IMG/VR virus record: IMGVR_UViG_3300012284_000001
Location: 1-58,933 of that record
Source of the DNA: a virus
Lineage: Duplodnaviria > Caudoviricetes
DNA: 58,933 nucleotides
Direction: 5' to 3' (one strand)
The position numbers were made by a program, and so were the translations under genes. Every line of letters starts with the position of its first letter. The first letter of the stretch is position 1. Positions 16,676-25,416 of this stretch are shown one piece after another. The notes below the pieces were generated by a model. The model was not told where the DNA came from, searched no databases, and saw only the letters and a program-made list of their open reading frames with translations.

Positions 16676-16769
16676 CTGGTTATTCTGGTCCGCCATGTCA
16701 CTCATGGTGATCGGATTCCTGATACCCGGGCTGGGCGTTATCGGCGCCCAGCTCCTGTTACTCCGCTAA
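16668..16769 (+). CDS. Small membrane peptide (33 aa, MCDWLFWSAMSLMVIGFLIPGLGVIGAQLLLLR)
   Basis: Fills the gap up to the convergent late arm; hydrophobic. Confidence 0.4.
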   Translation: MCDWLFWSAMSLMVIGFLIPGLGVIGAQLLLLR

Positions 16770-17008
16770 TCTCCCAAGAAGTCGTCAACCTCGGCATCCA
16801 GTTTAGCTTGGATGTCGCTCCAGTCATCGAGGTCATCACCCGCTTCGAGCTTCTCAGCAATAGCCTTCATGTGCGCATCGACGTTCTTACCGGCGCCGTA
16901 TAGATCGAGCACCTGATTGATGGTGTTACCGATCTCACTCTTACCCTGTAATGTGAATAGCGTACTCAGGCCGCGGAGTGCTAACATTGAAACAAGTACT
17001 GGATCCAT
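16766..17008 (-). CDS. Hypothetical protein, last gene of the lysis/late arm
   Basis: GAGGG RBS; closely follows the lipoprotein gene. Confidence 0.65.
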   Translation of the reverse strand: MDPVLVSMLALRGLSTLFTLQGKSEIGNTINQVLDLYGAGKNVDAHMKAIAEKLEAGDDLDDWSDIQAKLDAEVDDFLGD

Positions 17009-17010
17009 GA

Positions 17011-17409
17011 TTATTCCCTCGCTGCGTTAATGATGTCGATCAGCTCTGATATCGCAATAGCCGCATCACTGATTGCCTGATTGAGCACTGCCTCAGACTC
17101 GGCGGTTTGCGCAGCCGTGTAGGCTTGAGCTGCCGTGGCCAGCCTGTCGATGACTGGCTTCGTAGTACGCACCAGATTCTGCGCTTCTACCAGATCACCC
17201 CCGGCAAGCGTCCCTGCAGCCTTCATGTCGTTGGCCTCTTTCACCAGCGCATAGTAGTGTTCGGCGACGACCTTGGCATTCTGATCAATACCCTCGGCAG
17301 CTTCGTACGCACGCTGCGTACCCTGGCAGGCCGTCATTGCCAGCGCCAGGAATATCAGCAGACCAGCGAATAATACGAAGTTAAGCTGTTGCCGTTGAAT
17401 AAGTTTCAT
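17011..17409 (-). CDS. Lipoprotein, possible spanin component
   Basis: Hydrophobic signal ending in lipobox MTA-C; helical Ala-rich body. Confidence 0.65.
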   Translation of the reverse strand: MKLIQRQQLNFVLFAGLLIFLALAMTACQGTQRAYEAAEGIDQNAKVVAEHYYALVKEANDMKAAGTLAGGDLVEAQNLVRTTKPVIDRLATAAQAYTAAQTAESEAVLNQAISDAAIAISELIDIINAARE

Positions 17410-17636
17410 ACCGTACCACCTCCGTCGCCACTGCCAGTGGCCTTGTTAACCAAGCGCCGGGTACTGATCGCCTGATAATCTTTAAGGAAAGCGATCAAGG
17501 CGCCACCACCGATGGACACCCATGTCGCTGTCGAGATCGCACCAAACTCCAATGTGGGGTCATTGGTGAATAGCGTTACCAGACTCGACAAGAAAAGAAT
17601 TAACGCTGCGATCAGCGCACCAATTGTTACGTTCAT
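17406..17636 (-). CDS. Holin-like two-TM protein
   Basis: Two hydrophobic helices, basic C-terminus, AGGAG RBS. Confidence 0.55.
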   Translation of the reverse strand: MNVTIGALIAALILFLSSLVTLFTNDPTLEFGAISTATWVSIGGGALIAFLKDYQAISTRRLVNKATGSGDGGGTV

Positions 17637-17680
17637 ATCTTTCTCCTATGGTCTTCCAAATATTGCCCTCAGCCAGCGAA

Positions 17681-18046
17681 TTAATTTACAGAGAAACCCG
17701 CAGGGGCTAACGGAGCAGGCTGAGGAACAGTAAAATTTACCGATTCTGAATCTGCCGATTCCACGCCTCCATTACCAACTGACCGCATAACACAAGTGTA
17801 ATCACCGGGAATAAACTGACCGGCGGCGGACAGGTAAGTTGTGGTGTCAGGCGGCACTGTAAAGTCGACGACACTGGCACCGGCACAAATCACCCGGTAT
17901 GACTCCAAGTCATTCGCGGCATCCAGTGGACTGCCATCTGTGAACTCGGTTGGCGGCTCCCAGGTGAAGCGCGGTTTGCCATCTTCAATAGCGCCCATTA
18001 CTGGGACAGCTATAAGTAACAACATTGCTGTTAGTAGTCTCTTCAT
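17681..18046 (-). CDS. Secreted fibronectin type III/Ig-like protein
   Basis: Signal peptide; FTWEPPT...DGSPL, YRV, Y.C...V...G.ES..S pattern. Confidence 0.6.
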   Translation of the reverse strand: MKRLLTAMLLLIAVPVMGAIEDGKPRFTWEPPTEFTDGSPLDAANDLESYRVICAGASVVDFTVPPDTTTYLSAAGQFIPGDYTCVMRSVGNGGVESADSESVNFTVPQPAPLAPAGFSVN

Positions 18047-18438
18047 CAGTGCTCTCCTTCTAGTCTTTGGATTCGCTCATCGAGCGCGGTATCGTCGCGT
18101 TTGCTTTGGCCCTCAAGCGCAGAAGCTCGTTTCTGCAGCTTGGAGATCGCGGCGTTCAGTGAATCGAGTGATTGTTTTAACTCAGGCGGCAGCTCCTCTG
18201 GGACCACGGTCTCGCCGGGGGCAATGGGTGGTGGCCCACCATTAAGTCGCTCAATGACTTTCGGTGCCTGATACCCGGCCACCCCGCCAATGGTTAGCAG
18301 CGGAATGATCTTGAGCAGCAGCGGTGCGTGGGGTATGAGCATTTTCGTCCAGTCAAATGCCCGGACCTGCCTGATCTCGGAATCTTCTAATTCCTGCCAG
18401 CCTTCCGCTCTACGGTCTTTTCCGGTTCGGGATCTCAT
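18046..18438 (-). CDS. Membrane-anchored coiled-coil protein (possible i-spanin)
   Basis: One TM segment followed by a heptad coiled coil. Confidence 0.5.
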   Translation of the reverse strand: MRSRTGKDRRAEGWQELEDSEIRQVRAFDWTKMLIPHAPLLLKIIPLLTIGGVAGYQAPKVIERLNGGPPPIAPGETVVPEELPPELKQSLDSLNAAISKLQKRASALEGQSKRDDTALDERIQRLEGEH

Positions 18439-18839
18439 TAGTCATCCAGCACAATCAGTGCTCCTCCTTGTATGATAATCTCATCAGTGTCCTCATCTGG
18501 CACGATACTCAGATTGAACATGACATTGGTATCTTCAGGCCGGTAGGCTGCACCGATACACATCTCCAGCTCACCGTCATAGTACGCGGCCTGGGGAGAG
18601 ATCTGCCACTTACCCTGCTTGCCCCAGTAGAACGAGTGATCGCAGGCTGAGCCCTTGGCTACCAGTTCCGCGATGTCGCTGTCACTCAGGATCCGGGTCT
18701 CGACAATCTCGATCACCTCGGTAGTGTTATCGATGTTTACCGTGACGTCGTGGCCATGCCAGTGATGTGCCTGAGCGACACTGAAAAGAACTGTCTGTAT
18801 AGACACCAACATGCATAGAAAAACCAGATTTTTAATCAT
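18438..18839 (-). CDS. Secreted protein with YadA-anchor-like C-terminus
   Basis: ATG 18839 (GGAGG RBS); signal peptide ending AQA; helix followed by four predicted strands (GKWQIS...YDG....IGAAYR). Confidence 0.5.
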   Translation of the reverse strand: MIKNLVFLCMLVSIQTVLFSVAQAHHWHGHDVTVNIDNTTEVIEIVETRILSDSDIAELVAKGSACDHSFYWGKQGKWQISPQAAYYDGELEMCIGAAYRPEDTNVMFNLSIVPDEDTDEIIIQGGALIVLDD

Positions 18840-19072
18840 TCCCACTTCCCTCCTATAAGATTCCAAATAGCCAACGAAGCAACCACCACACCGCCAGTCC
18901 AAATAATAAACCGGCCAACAATGCGACCAGACCGTGAGAGAGCAGCGACGTCTTGCCATGTGTCGATGATTGGCTCCAGCTTTGCTTCAAGCTGATCCAG
19001 TCTTTTGATGATATGGGCGTGAGTAACTTCAGTGTCCGCGTCATCTGGTAAAGGAGTGATGTCATAATCCAC
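18836..19072 (-). CDS. Holin/antiholin-like protein with C-terminal TM
   Basis: Coupled to the lysin; coiled coil plus one TM. Confidence 0.5.
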   Translation of the reverse strand: MDYDITPLPDDADTEVTHAHIIKRLDQLEAKLEPIIDTWQDVAALSRSGRIVGRFIIWTGGVVVASLAIWNLIGGKWE

Positions 19073-19551
19073 TACTCACCACCCATATTAGAGAACCAGT
19101 TTTCCTCGTACTCTTCCACTGTGCCAGCACCCAGGTGGGTGTTGTAGTATTCCTTCCAGTATGCCGCCATTCCGGGTACGTCACCCACAGCAGGCAGTGC
19201 CTCGGGTACCCGGCGATAGTGGATCCGGCACATGGCCGCGGCGTACCACAAATTACCGATTAGTTCATTGGTCGAGGGATGGTCGGCCGTAGTTGGCGCG
19301 GCAAGTGATTTTACGCGCTCGGCCAGCTCCGGATGGTAAGCCAGATAGTTCTTCCAGATGTCCTCATGCGTAGCAGGCTCCATCTGAAAGACACCCAGCG
19401 CCGGACCACTGCCCAGTTGTTTGATGTACTGCAGCCTGGATTCCTGTAAGGCGGTACCCAGTACAAGCTCCTCCGCGGCCGGAGTGCAGAGATCGATCAC
19501 GGTTAGAGCTGGCTTTATTATGAGGTCTTTGAATTGTGGTATTGAAATCAT
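19072..19551 (-). CDS. Endolysin, lysozyme/transglycosylase-like
   Basis: LGTALQES (catalytic Glu), GPALGVFQMEPAT and YWKEYYNT motifs. Confidence 0.75.
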   Translation of the reverse strand: MISIPQFKDLIIKPALTVIDLCTPAAEELVLGTALQESRLQYIKQLGSGPALGVFQMEPATHEDIWKNYLAYHPELAERVKSLAAPTTADHPSTNELIGNLWYAAAMCRIHYRRVPEALPAVGDVPGMAAYWKEYYNTHLGAGTVEEYEENWFSNMGGE

Positions 19552-22500
19552 GGTTTAACCCCCGGTGGCAGTGGTAAGGGCTCGCCTGTTTGCGGTGGAT
19601 CCAGCCATGTCATCGCTTTCCGTATCCGCAAATTGAGCCGCGGATCCAACAGTGAACCGCCGTAAGTATTGACATTAGTGCGCCATCTTGCCATTGCGGC
19701 TTGCTCTAATGTCTCTGGTGTGATTTGCATCTCTGGGTATGTATTAGCAAAGGTTACAAAAGCTAATTCAGCCTCTTTCTTTTCAGCCGGAGTGCCGTAT
19801 TGCGCTGTGATAAAATACCGGTCTTTCAATACTTTGTATCGTTTCAGAATAGCCTGTTCCATGTTCTTAAAGCCCCGGTTCTGTTCATACCGTAGCGTTA
19901 ACTCGGTGGGTGCCAGACCCGCGGCCTGCATAAACAGATCCCTAGTGGTGAACTCGTCGGGCAACATAATAGGCTCACGACTGTAAGTCAGTGCACCCTC
20001 GGCGTTATAGCGGTAAGCACGCATCGCATCGCGCGCAAACTTCGGTGCGATTCGTTCGATACCACGCCACACCGCGAAGGGTTTATTAGGCTCTGACCAG
20101 TCCAACGCGGCCATAGCAGGTGCGCCAATCAAAAGACTGGGTACCGGACCTGCAGCCTCTTCGAGAATATGCGCATACAACTCTGCCCCTTCCAGCGGTT
20201 TGTATGACTCACGGCCCAGACCAAGGTAGTTCAATGATATCCGGCTTGACATAGTGCCGCCTGTAAACGCGTCCCAGCCGCCATCCATAAGCGCGACGAT
20301 CTGGCCTTCACTCCATCCGAGATCTTCTTTCAGATATACCCTGAATTGTTGGCCTGCATTGAACGGCTCGTCCTCATCGCCCCAGACGGCATCGAGTATT
20401 GATTCGACCACCCAGGCAAAGGGTATCGACGACACGCCACCCAACAACCCGGTCATCATCAGAATCCCGGTGAGCTTGCGCCGTGCCTCCTGTCGTGCCT
20501 CCTTGGGCAGTCCTTCCTGTGCAAAGAACCCATCCTTAGTGGCGCGCGCCAATTGGTACGTGGAATGGATGCCGTAGTTCTTAAACAACAGCATGACTTT
20601 CATGAATTCCTTCTGCATGATCGGGGGTCGATTACTGGCTGAGTAGTCATAGTGACTGCGGTCATTCAGGTCCGCGGCATCCCACAACGCATCATTATGT
20701 GATAGGCCACGCGCCCGGGCGAGATCGTATGCCGCCATGAAGGTAACCTGCCGGTTAGCCTGCTCTGTGTGGTGAAAAAGATACGACACCACGGTCATAA
20801 CATTCTTGCGGATCCCGTACTGAGAACCATCCATTTCAATCAGATCCGCGAGATCGTGTGACATGGTCTTGGACAGTATCCCAGTTTGTTCGGCCCACTC
20901 GTAGGCTTTCAGGCGGTCGTCACGCAACTTGTTCTTATAGCCACCAATACGGGTAGTAAAGTACTCGCCAATGGCCCTACCGAAAGCCACAGTTGTTTTC
21001 ACGCTACCATTGCCTTTCCGGGCAGCAACTGTGGGCATAGCGAACATCGGGGTCTGAAACAGGTTCAATATAGCTGCACCCGGGGTGACACCCAGTAACC
21101 ATGCAAATCCGAAACTGGTCGCCATATTTGCTAACTGACCTGAAGGTGGGTCCATAGCCAGTTTGTGACGTGTCAGCATCTCATTGTATATCGGCATCGC
21201 CCAGGCCGAGTGTGCATCTTCTCGTTGTTCTGCTGCCTGTGCCTGCTCAAACAAGCGTGTCATTGCGGCTTCAAGCCGGGGCTGTGTTTCCATCCGGGCG
21301 ATCTGGGTAGCGCCATGAAACATGTTCGCAGCGTACGAGCGCAGGATATCCGCGCTGAACCCGATGCGCCCTTTACGATGGATAAAGTGCTTGCGCATGG
21401 ACAGCTCGGGCAGCGACTTTAGATACAGCTGATACATCTCGTCGGCAATCGCGTCACCGCCCTCGATGTTATCGGTTAGTTTCTTCACCCGGGCAACCAG
21501 ATCCGGATCCAACTGGCGCACCATCTTGAGATCTTCTTTGACCTTTTTACCTGTCTGTACTTCAAACCCGGCTTTACGCATAGCCGCTTTCCAGTCATTA
21601 GCCTGGGACTGCGTTTCGAATTTACTGAATGAATAGACCTCGCCATCTTCGTTCCGGGCAACACCCCAGAAGTCACCCCAGCGATCCAGTGGGAAGTATG
21701 GACCCTGTACCCGGCCAGCCTCGAACAGCTTGCGCATCTCCAGTTTCATTTTGGTCTTGGCTTTACCGTCTGCCTCGGCCATGTCGATACGCGCCATGAT
21801 GGCGTTCTCCTGCTGCTTGCGCAGGTGGGCGTACTGGTCACGTACCTCCTTGTATAACTCCCGGCCCGTCTCATCGAGCTGGTTGTCATAATAATCCTTC
21901 ATGATCTTGTACTCGGCGCGACGCAAGGTATCAGCCTTCTTGTCCGCCTCGGTCATGTTCTCGCGCTTCTTAATACTCTTGTAGGGTATCGATGGATCCG
22001 CTCCGGTAATCGTGGAGTAGTGCATCAACTCACCGAGTTTGGCATGGGCTTCTCTGTGCTTGGCTTTATGCCAGAACATCTTTTTGCCCGTCTCGCCATA
22101 GCGTTCGGTCAGCTCGTTCTTGCGTCCGTCCATGGCCCGGATCTCGTGATTGTAGGTAGTGATGGCATCCATCCGGTTATCCGGCATGAAGTCTGCGAGA
22201 TAGTTACGATGGATCGCCATCAGATTACCCGCAATAGCCGGGGTGCCCAGGTTGGTCACCCGGTCCTTGACGATCTTCGAAGCAGAGGGCGCTGTTTGTG
22301 CTTGCTGTTCTACTGTAGCCGCATACTTGAATAACTGGGATTGTGGTATGTTGGGGTAATCATCAACGAATTCCTCGGGGCCGTCCTCAATGCTTAATCG
22401 AATATCGCCGGGATCCACGTAGGCCGTATCGGTGACCGCTGCCAGCTGTAAGTCGGAAGCCTCGCCGTAGTCAGCAAACATCTGACCCTCGCCCATGTAC

Positions 22501-24737
22501 ACATTGAAGTTATCCGGATCCCAGGCCATAAACACGACATCAGGCTCACCGTCGTTATAGTCCTTGAAGTCTTCTTTGTTCCAGCCTTCTGGTTTTTGCG
22601 TCTCGTCCCACGGAATACGAGACACCACTCTGAAGCCCGTCATTCCATAAAAATGCGGCAGGATCGTATCGAAGGCATCAAGACGCCGACCACCCTGGCT
22701 GGTGGCTAGCAGCATCATTGAGTGAACGACACCCGGCATATCGGCATCCGGATGTTTGAACACCGAGACAATGTCATCGCCCATCAGGGCAAAGCCAGCC
22801 TTACCGTCCTCGGTCAGGAATAACCGGGCGTTCTCGTATTCTTCTTGCGGGTATACATAAACCGAGGCGCCAGATTGGTTGGCCTTGGCGGCAGCGGTTA
22901 TTGCGTTGGTGAACTCCTGCGCGGATGCGATGGCATCTTCATCGGTACTGAGTTCTTGCATGACTGGAGCGGAATTGCCGGTCCGCTCCAGTAGGTTTTT
23001 GACAGTTTTATCGGGTTTGAAAGTCTGCTGTACAGGCGCAGATCCTACCAGTCGTTGAGCCCCCTTTGGTACTGCTCCTCCGTAGGTGGTTCGGCCGGAC
23101 CGCCGGATCTCTGAGAGGGCTGTGTGGGTGAGATCGAACTTTCTTTCCTTCGCGGTGAGTCCTTCTTTGAGAGCTGTGAAACTGTCGGTACGTCGGGGCT
23201 GAACGCCTCCTGCAGATCGTCCGGTCTGTCTTCGAAGGATCCCTCGAATTGTGGCTGGATCAACTCCTTGTCGCTCGGCAATTCGGGCGTACTCTTGTTC
23301 GTAGTCTGTCGGGGCTGCTTTGGCATCACCTACTCCGTATTTAGCGTATAACTCTTTTTCCGGAAACCAGACCAGCGCCTGCAAGGTCGCTGTGTCCACA
23401 TCCGTGCCGCGCTGCTCCAGTATGGAACGAGCTTCTGCGACAACCTCACGTATCCAGTTACGCTGGACTGCACCCGTTGGTGCACCGATGGTATCGTTGA
23501 TACCAACGTCCAGATTCTTTGCTGCCATGTTCCATTCGGTCTTGTCCTTGAAGTCACCCTTGGCGTACTCCTTATGCAGACGAGCAGCAACATCCAGCAA
23601 TGATTCCTCATTCGCGAGATTACTTATAGTATAGCCCAATTCTGTTAGTTTTTCCTTCCCTTTTTTAGTCTTGAAAGCCTTACGCAGCCTGTCTTTCCGG
23701 CCCTCGTTGGCCGTCGAATTGGGATCCTGCATCAACTTGCCGACCATACGGCCCCAGGTCCGCATAAACCAGCGATCCGTGGTCAGTGGATTAAAATTAC
23801 CAATCAGGTTCTGGTAGAAGCCTGCACCGATCTTGGGACCAAACACACCGCTGCCGTGTGTCCTGAAGTCAGTACCTTCCCCGGCCAGAATCGAACCGAA
23901 ACCCAGGTCCATCAGTTCGCGCTTGGTGTACTCTGTGGCCAGGAACTGCCGGGTGCCTGCTATGCCCCGGGCCTTGATCAGGTTGTTGAGTACCTGAAAG
24001 GCTTTTTTCATTTGCTGGCTTTCCTTGCCAACACCAAAGTCAGGGAATTCCTTGAACCCGGATTCCTTAAAAGCCGCATACTGAATCTCGGCGTTCTCGG
24101 CATTGGCGCCAACTGGCTGACCGTTCGAGGTAATGGCAAGTCCGGCCAGAAACATCGACAATTTGTCGGCATCTGTTTTCAGTTCAGGGTGAATCTCAGA
24201 GATCAGGGCCACCGCGTTACGCATCTTGTCGCTATACCAATGTCCAGCGTGACCCGTTGCTTCGAGCGCGGCCTCGACCTCGTCGGCAAAGTTTGTTGCC
24301 AGAATGGCCTTGTTCTCTTCGGTCATCTCCTCCAGATTAGAATCAACGCCAAGCGCACGCTCCTGCAGTGCAGTCGCGACATCTTTCATGGTGATCTGAC
24401 CGTCGGCACCAGTTGCCCTGACCGTCAATCTCTCACGATCACTGAGCAACCTGCGAATATTGAGGCGGTTGGCAATGCGTTTGATCCGGCTGCTATCGGC
24501 GGCAAACCGGACCACCCCTGCACCGGGTGCTATGCCCCCTTGTGCCTCGATCTGAGTGACGATATCGGTGCGTTCATCAGCGAGCGAACCGAGGTACTCA
24601 TCGATAGCTTGCGTACCGGCCTGGGCAGCAGGCACGCCGTCAGCCCGGAGATCGTCATAGATCTCACGGATTGCGTCAGCATCGCCACTGTTCAGCGCCT
24701 TACCGGCTTTGCGGATACAGGTAGCCAGTGTCGGCAT
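19548..24737 (-). CDS. Giant internal virion/ejection polyvalent protein (1729 aa)
   Basis: YFPLDRWGDF (PLxRFG-like), GNAT-like GGRRLDAFDT.LP..Y...GF, DRWFMRTWGR domain, hydrophobic helical C-terminus. Confidence 0.75.
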   Translation of the reverse strand: MPTLATCIRKAGKALNSGDADAIREIYDDLRADGVPAAQAGTQAIDEYLGSLADERTDIVTQIEAQGGIAPGAGVVRFAADSSRIKRIANRLNIRRLLSDRERLTVRATGADGQITMKDVATALQERALGVDSNLEEMTEENKAILATNFADEVEAALEATGHAGHWYSDKMRNAVALISEIHPELKTDADKLSMFLAGLAITSNGQPVGANAENAEIQYAAFKESGFKEFPDFGVGKESQQMKKAFQVLNNLIKARGIAGTRQFLATEYTKRELMDLGFGSILAGEGTDFRTHGSGVFGPKIGAGFYQNLIGNFNPLTTDRWFMRTWGRMVGKLMQDPNSTANEGRKDRLRKAFKTKKGKEKLTELGYTISNLANEESLLDVAARLHKEYAKGDFKDKTEWNMAAKNLDVGINDTIGAPTGAVQRNWIREVVAEARSILEQRGTDVDTATLQALVWFPEKELYAKYGVGDAKAAPTDYEQEYARIAERQGVDPATIRGILRRQTGRSAGGVQPRRTDSFTALKEGLTAKERKFDLTHTALSEIRRSGRTTYGGAVPKGAQRLVGSAPVQQTFKPDKTVKNLLERTGNSAPVMQELSTDEDAIASAQEFTNAITAAAKANQSGASVYVYPQEEYENARLFLTEDGKAGFALMGDDIVSVFKHPDADMPGVVHSMMLLATSQGGRRLDAFDTILPHFYGMTGFRVVSRIPWDETQKPEGWNKEDFKDYNDGEPDVVFMAWDPDNFNVYMGEGQMFADYGEASDLQLAAVTDTAYVDPGDIRLSIEDGPEEFVDDYPNIPQSQLFKYAATVEQQAQTAPSASKIVKDRVTNLGTPAIAGNLMAIHRNYLADFMPDNRMDAITTYNHEIRAMDGRKNELTERYGETGKKMFWHKAKHREAHAKLGELMHYSTITGADPSIPYKSIKKRENMTEADKKADTLRRAEYKIMKDYYDNQLDETGRELYKEVRDQYAHLRKQQENAIMARIDMAEADGKAKTKMKLEMRKLFEAGRVQGPYFPLDRWGDFWGVARNEDGEVYSFSKFETQSQANDWKAAMRKAGFEVQTGKKVKEDLKMVRQLDPDLVARVKKLTDNIEGGDAIADEMYQLYLKSLPELSMRKHFIHRKGRIGFSADILRSYAANMFHGATQIARMETQPRLEAAMTRLFEQAQAAEQREDAHSAWAMPIYNEMLTRHKLAMDPPSGQLANMATSFGFAWLLGVTPGAAILNLFQTPMFAMPTVAARKGNGSVKTTVAFGRAIGEYFTTRIGGYKNKLRDDRLKAYEWAEQTGILSKTMSHDLADLIEMDGSQYGIRKNVMTVVSYLFHHTEQANRQVTFMAAYDLARARGLSHNDALWDAADLNDRSHYDYSASNRPPIMQKEFMKVMLLFKNYGIHSTYQLARATKDGFFAQEGLPKEARQEARRKLTGILMMTGLLGGVSSIPFAWVVESILDAVWGDEDEPFNAGQQFRVYLKEDLGWSEGQIVALMDGGWDAFTGGTMSSRISLNYLGLGRESYKPLEGAELYAHILEEAAGPVPSLLIGAPAMAALDWSEPNKPFAVWRGIERIAPKFARDAMRAYRYNAEGALTYSREPIMLPDEFTTRDLFMQAAGLAPTELTLRYEQNRGFKNMEQAILKRYKVLKDRYFITAQYGTPAEKKEAELAFVTFANTYPEMQITPETLEQAAMARWRTNVNTYGGSLLDPRLNLRIRKAMTWLDPPQTGEPLPLPPGVKP

Positions 24738-24991
24738 TAGTGTCTCCTCTTACTTATGGCCATTATGATACTGATGATCTCGTCATCTTCTCGTGTCAGC
24801 AATGCGTCCAGTGACGTATCGAGCGTTCTCCTTCTTCTACCCTTCGAACTGTCGCCGCCATCTCGCCGAATGATGACATCGACTATACCTACATAACCCT
24901 TTGTTCCGATTGCGATATCATCCGGGCAGTGCTGCACTCCGTCAAAACAGACATATCCTTTTGTCGCAATTGAAAGCGGATCGAGTGTCAT
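24737..24991 (-). CDS. Hypothetical virion-region protein
   Basis: Coupled on both sides; internal IATKGYV/IGTKGYV repeat. Confidence 0.65.
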   Translation of the reverse strand: MTLDPLSIATKGYVCFDGVQHCPDDIAIGTKGYVGIVDVIIRRDGGDSSKGRRRRTLDTSLDALLTREDDEIISIIMAISKRRH

Positions 24992-25416
24992 GATCTCGTC
25001 AAGGTAGTTACGCCAGCCGCTTTAATTACATCCTTCTGGATCTGGTCCACGTTCTCATCATAGTCCGCCCCAACGATTACCTCGGTAATCGTCTTCGGGT
25101 TGGCGGGATCCAGTCCCTCGTTCTGCCAAACCTCGGCCGCGAAGTTATCGCCACAGCCGGACTGGTACCGAATCCCCGGGGGAACCTGGGTCACCGCTGT
25201 CGGATCCCCGTCCGCCCGGGCCACGTACTCGATACCTTCGACAGCCGGTGTGTAGCGGAACTGGAAGTTGCCATCACCCACCTCGGTCATCGCTGCATCA
25301 GTGACAACCAGTGCCCCGGTATCGGATCGCCGGATCCGGATCGTCGGTACGTTAGCTGGACCCACAAGCGGCACGCCAATCGAGGCTTCCCAGTAAGCAC
25401 AAAATAGTAGATCCAT
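24988..25416 (-). CDS. Hypothetical beta-rich virion protein
   Basis: TAATG-coupled start at 25416 with GGAGG RBS. Confidence 0.7.
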   Translation of the reverse strand: MDLLFCAYWEASIGVPLVGPANVPTIRIRRSDTGALVVTDAAMTEVGDGNFQFRYTPAVEGIEYVARADGDPTAVTQVPPGIRYQSGCGDNFAAEVWQNEGLDPANPKTITEVIVGADYDENVDQIQKDVIKAAGVTTLTRS

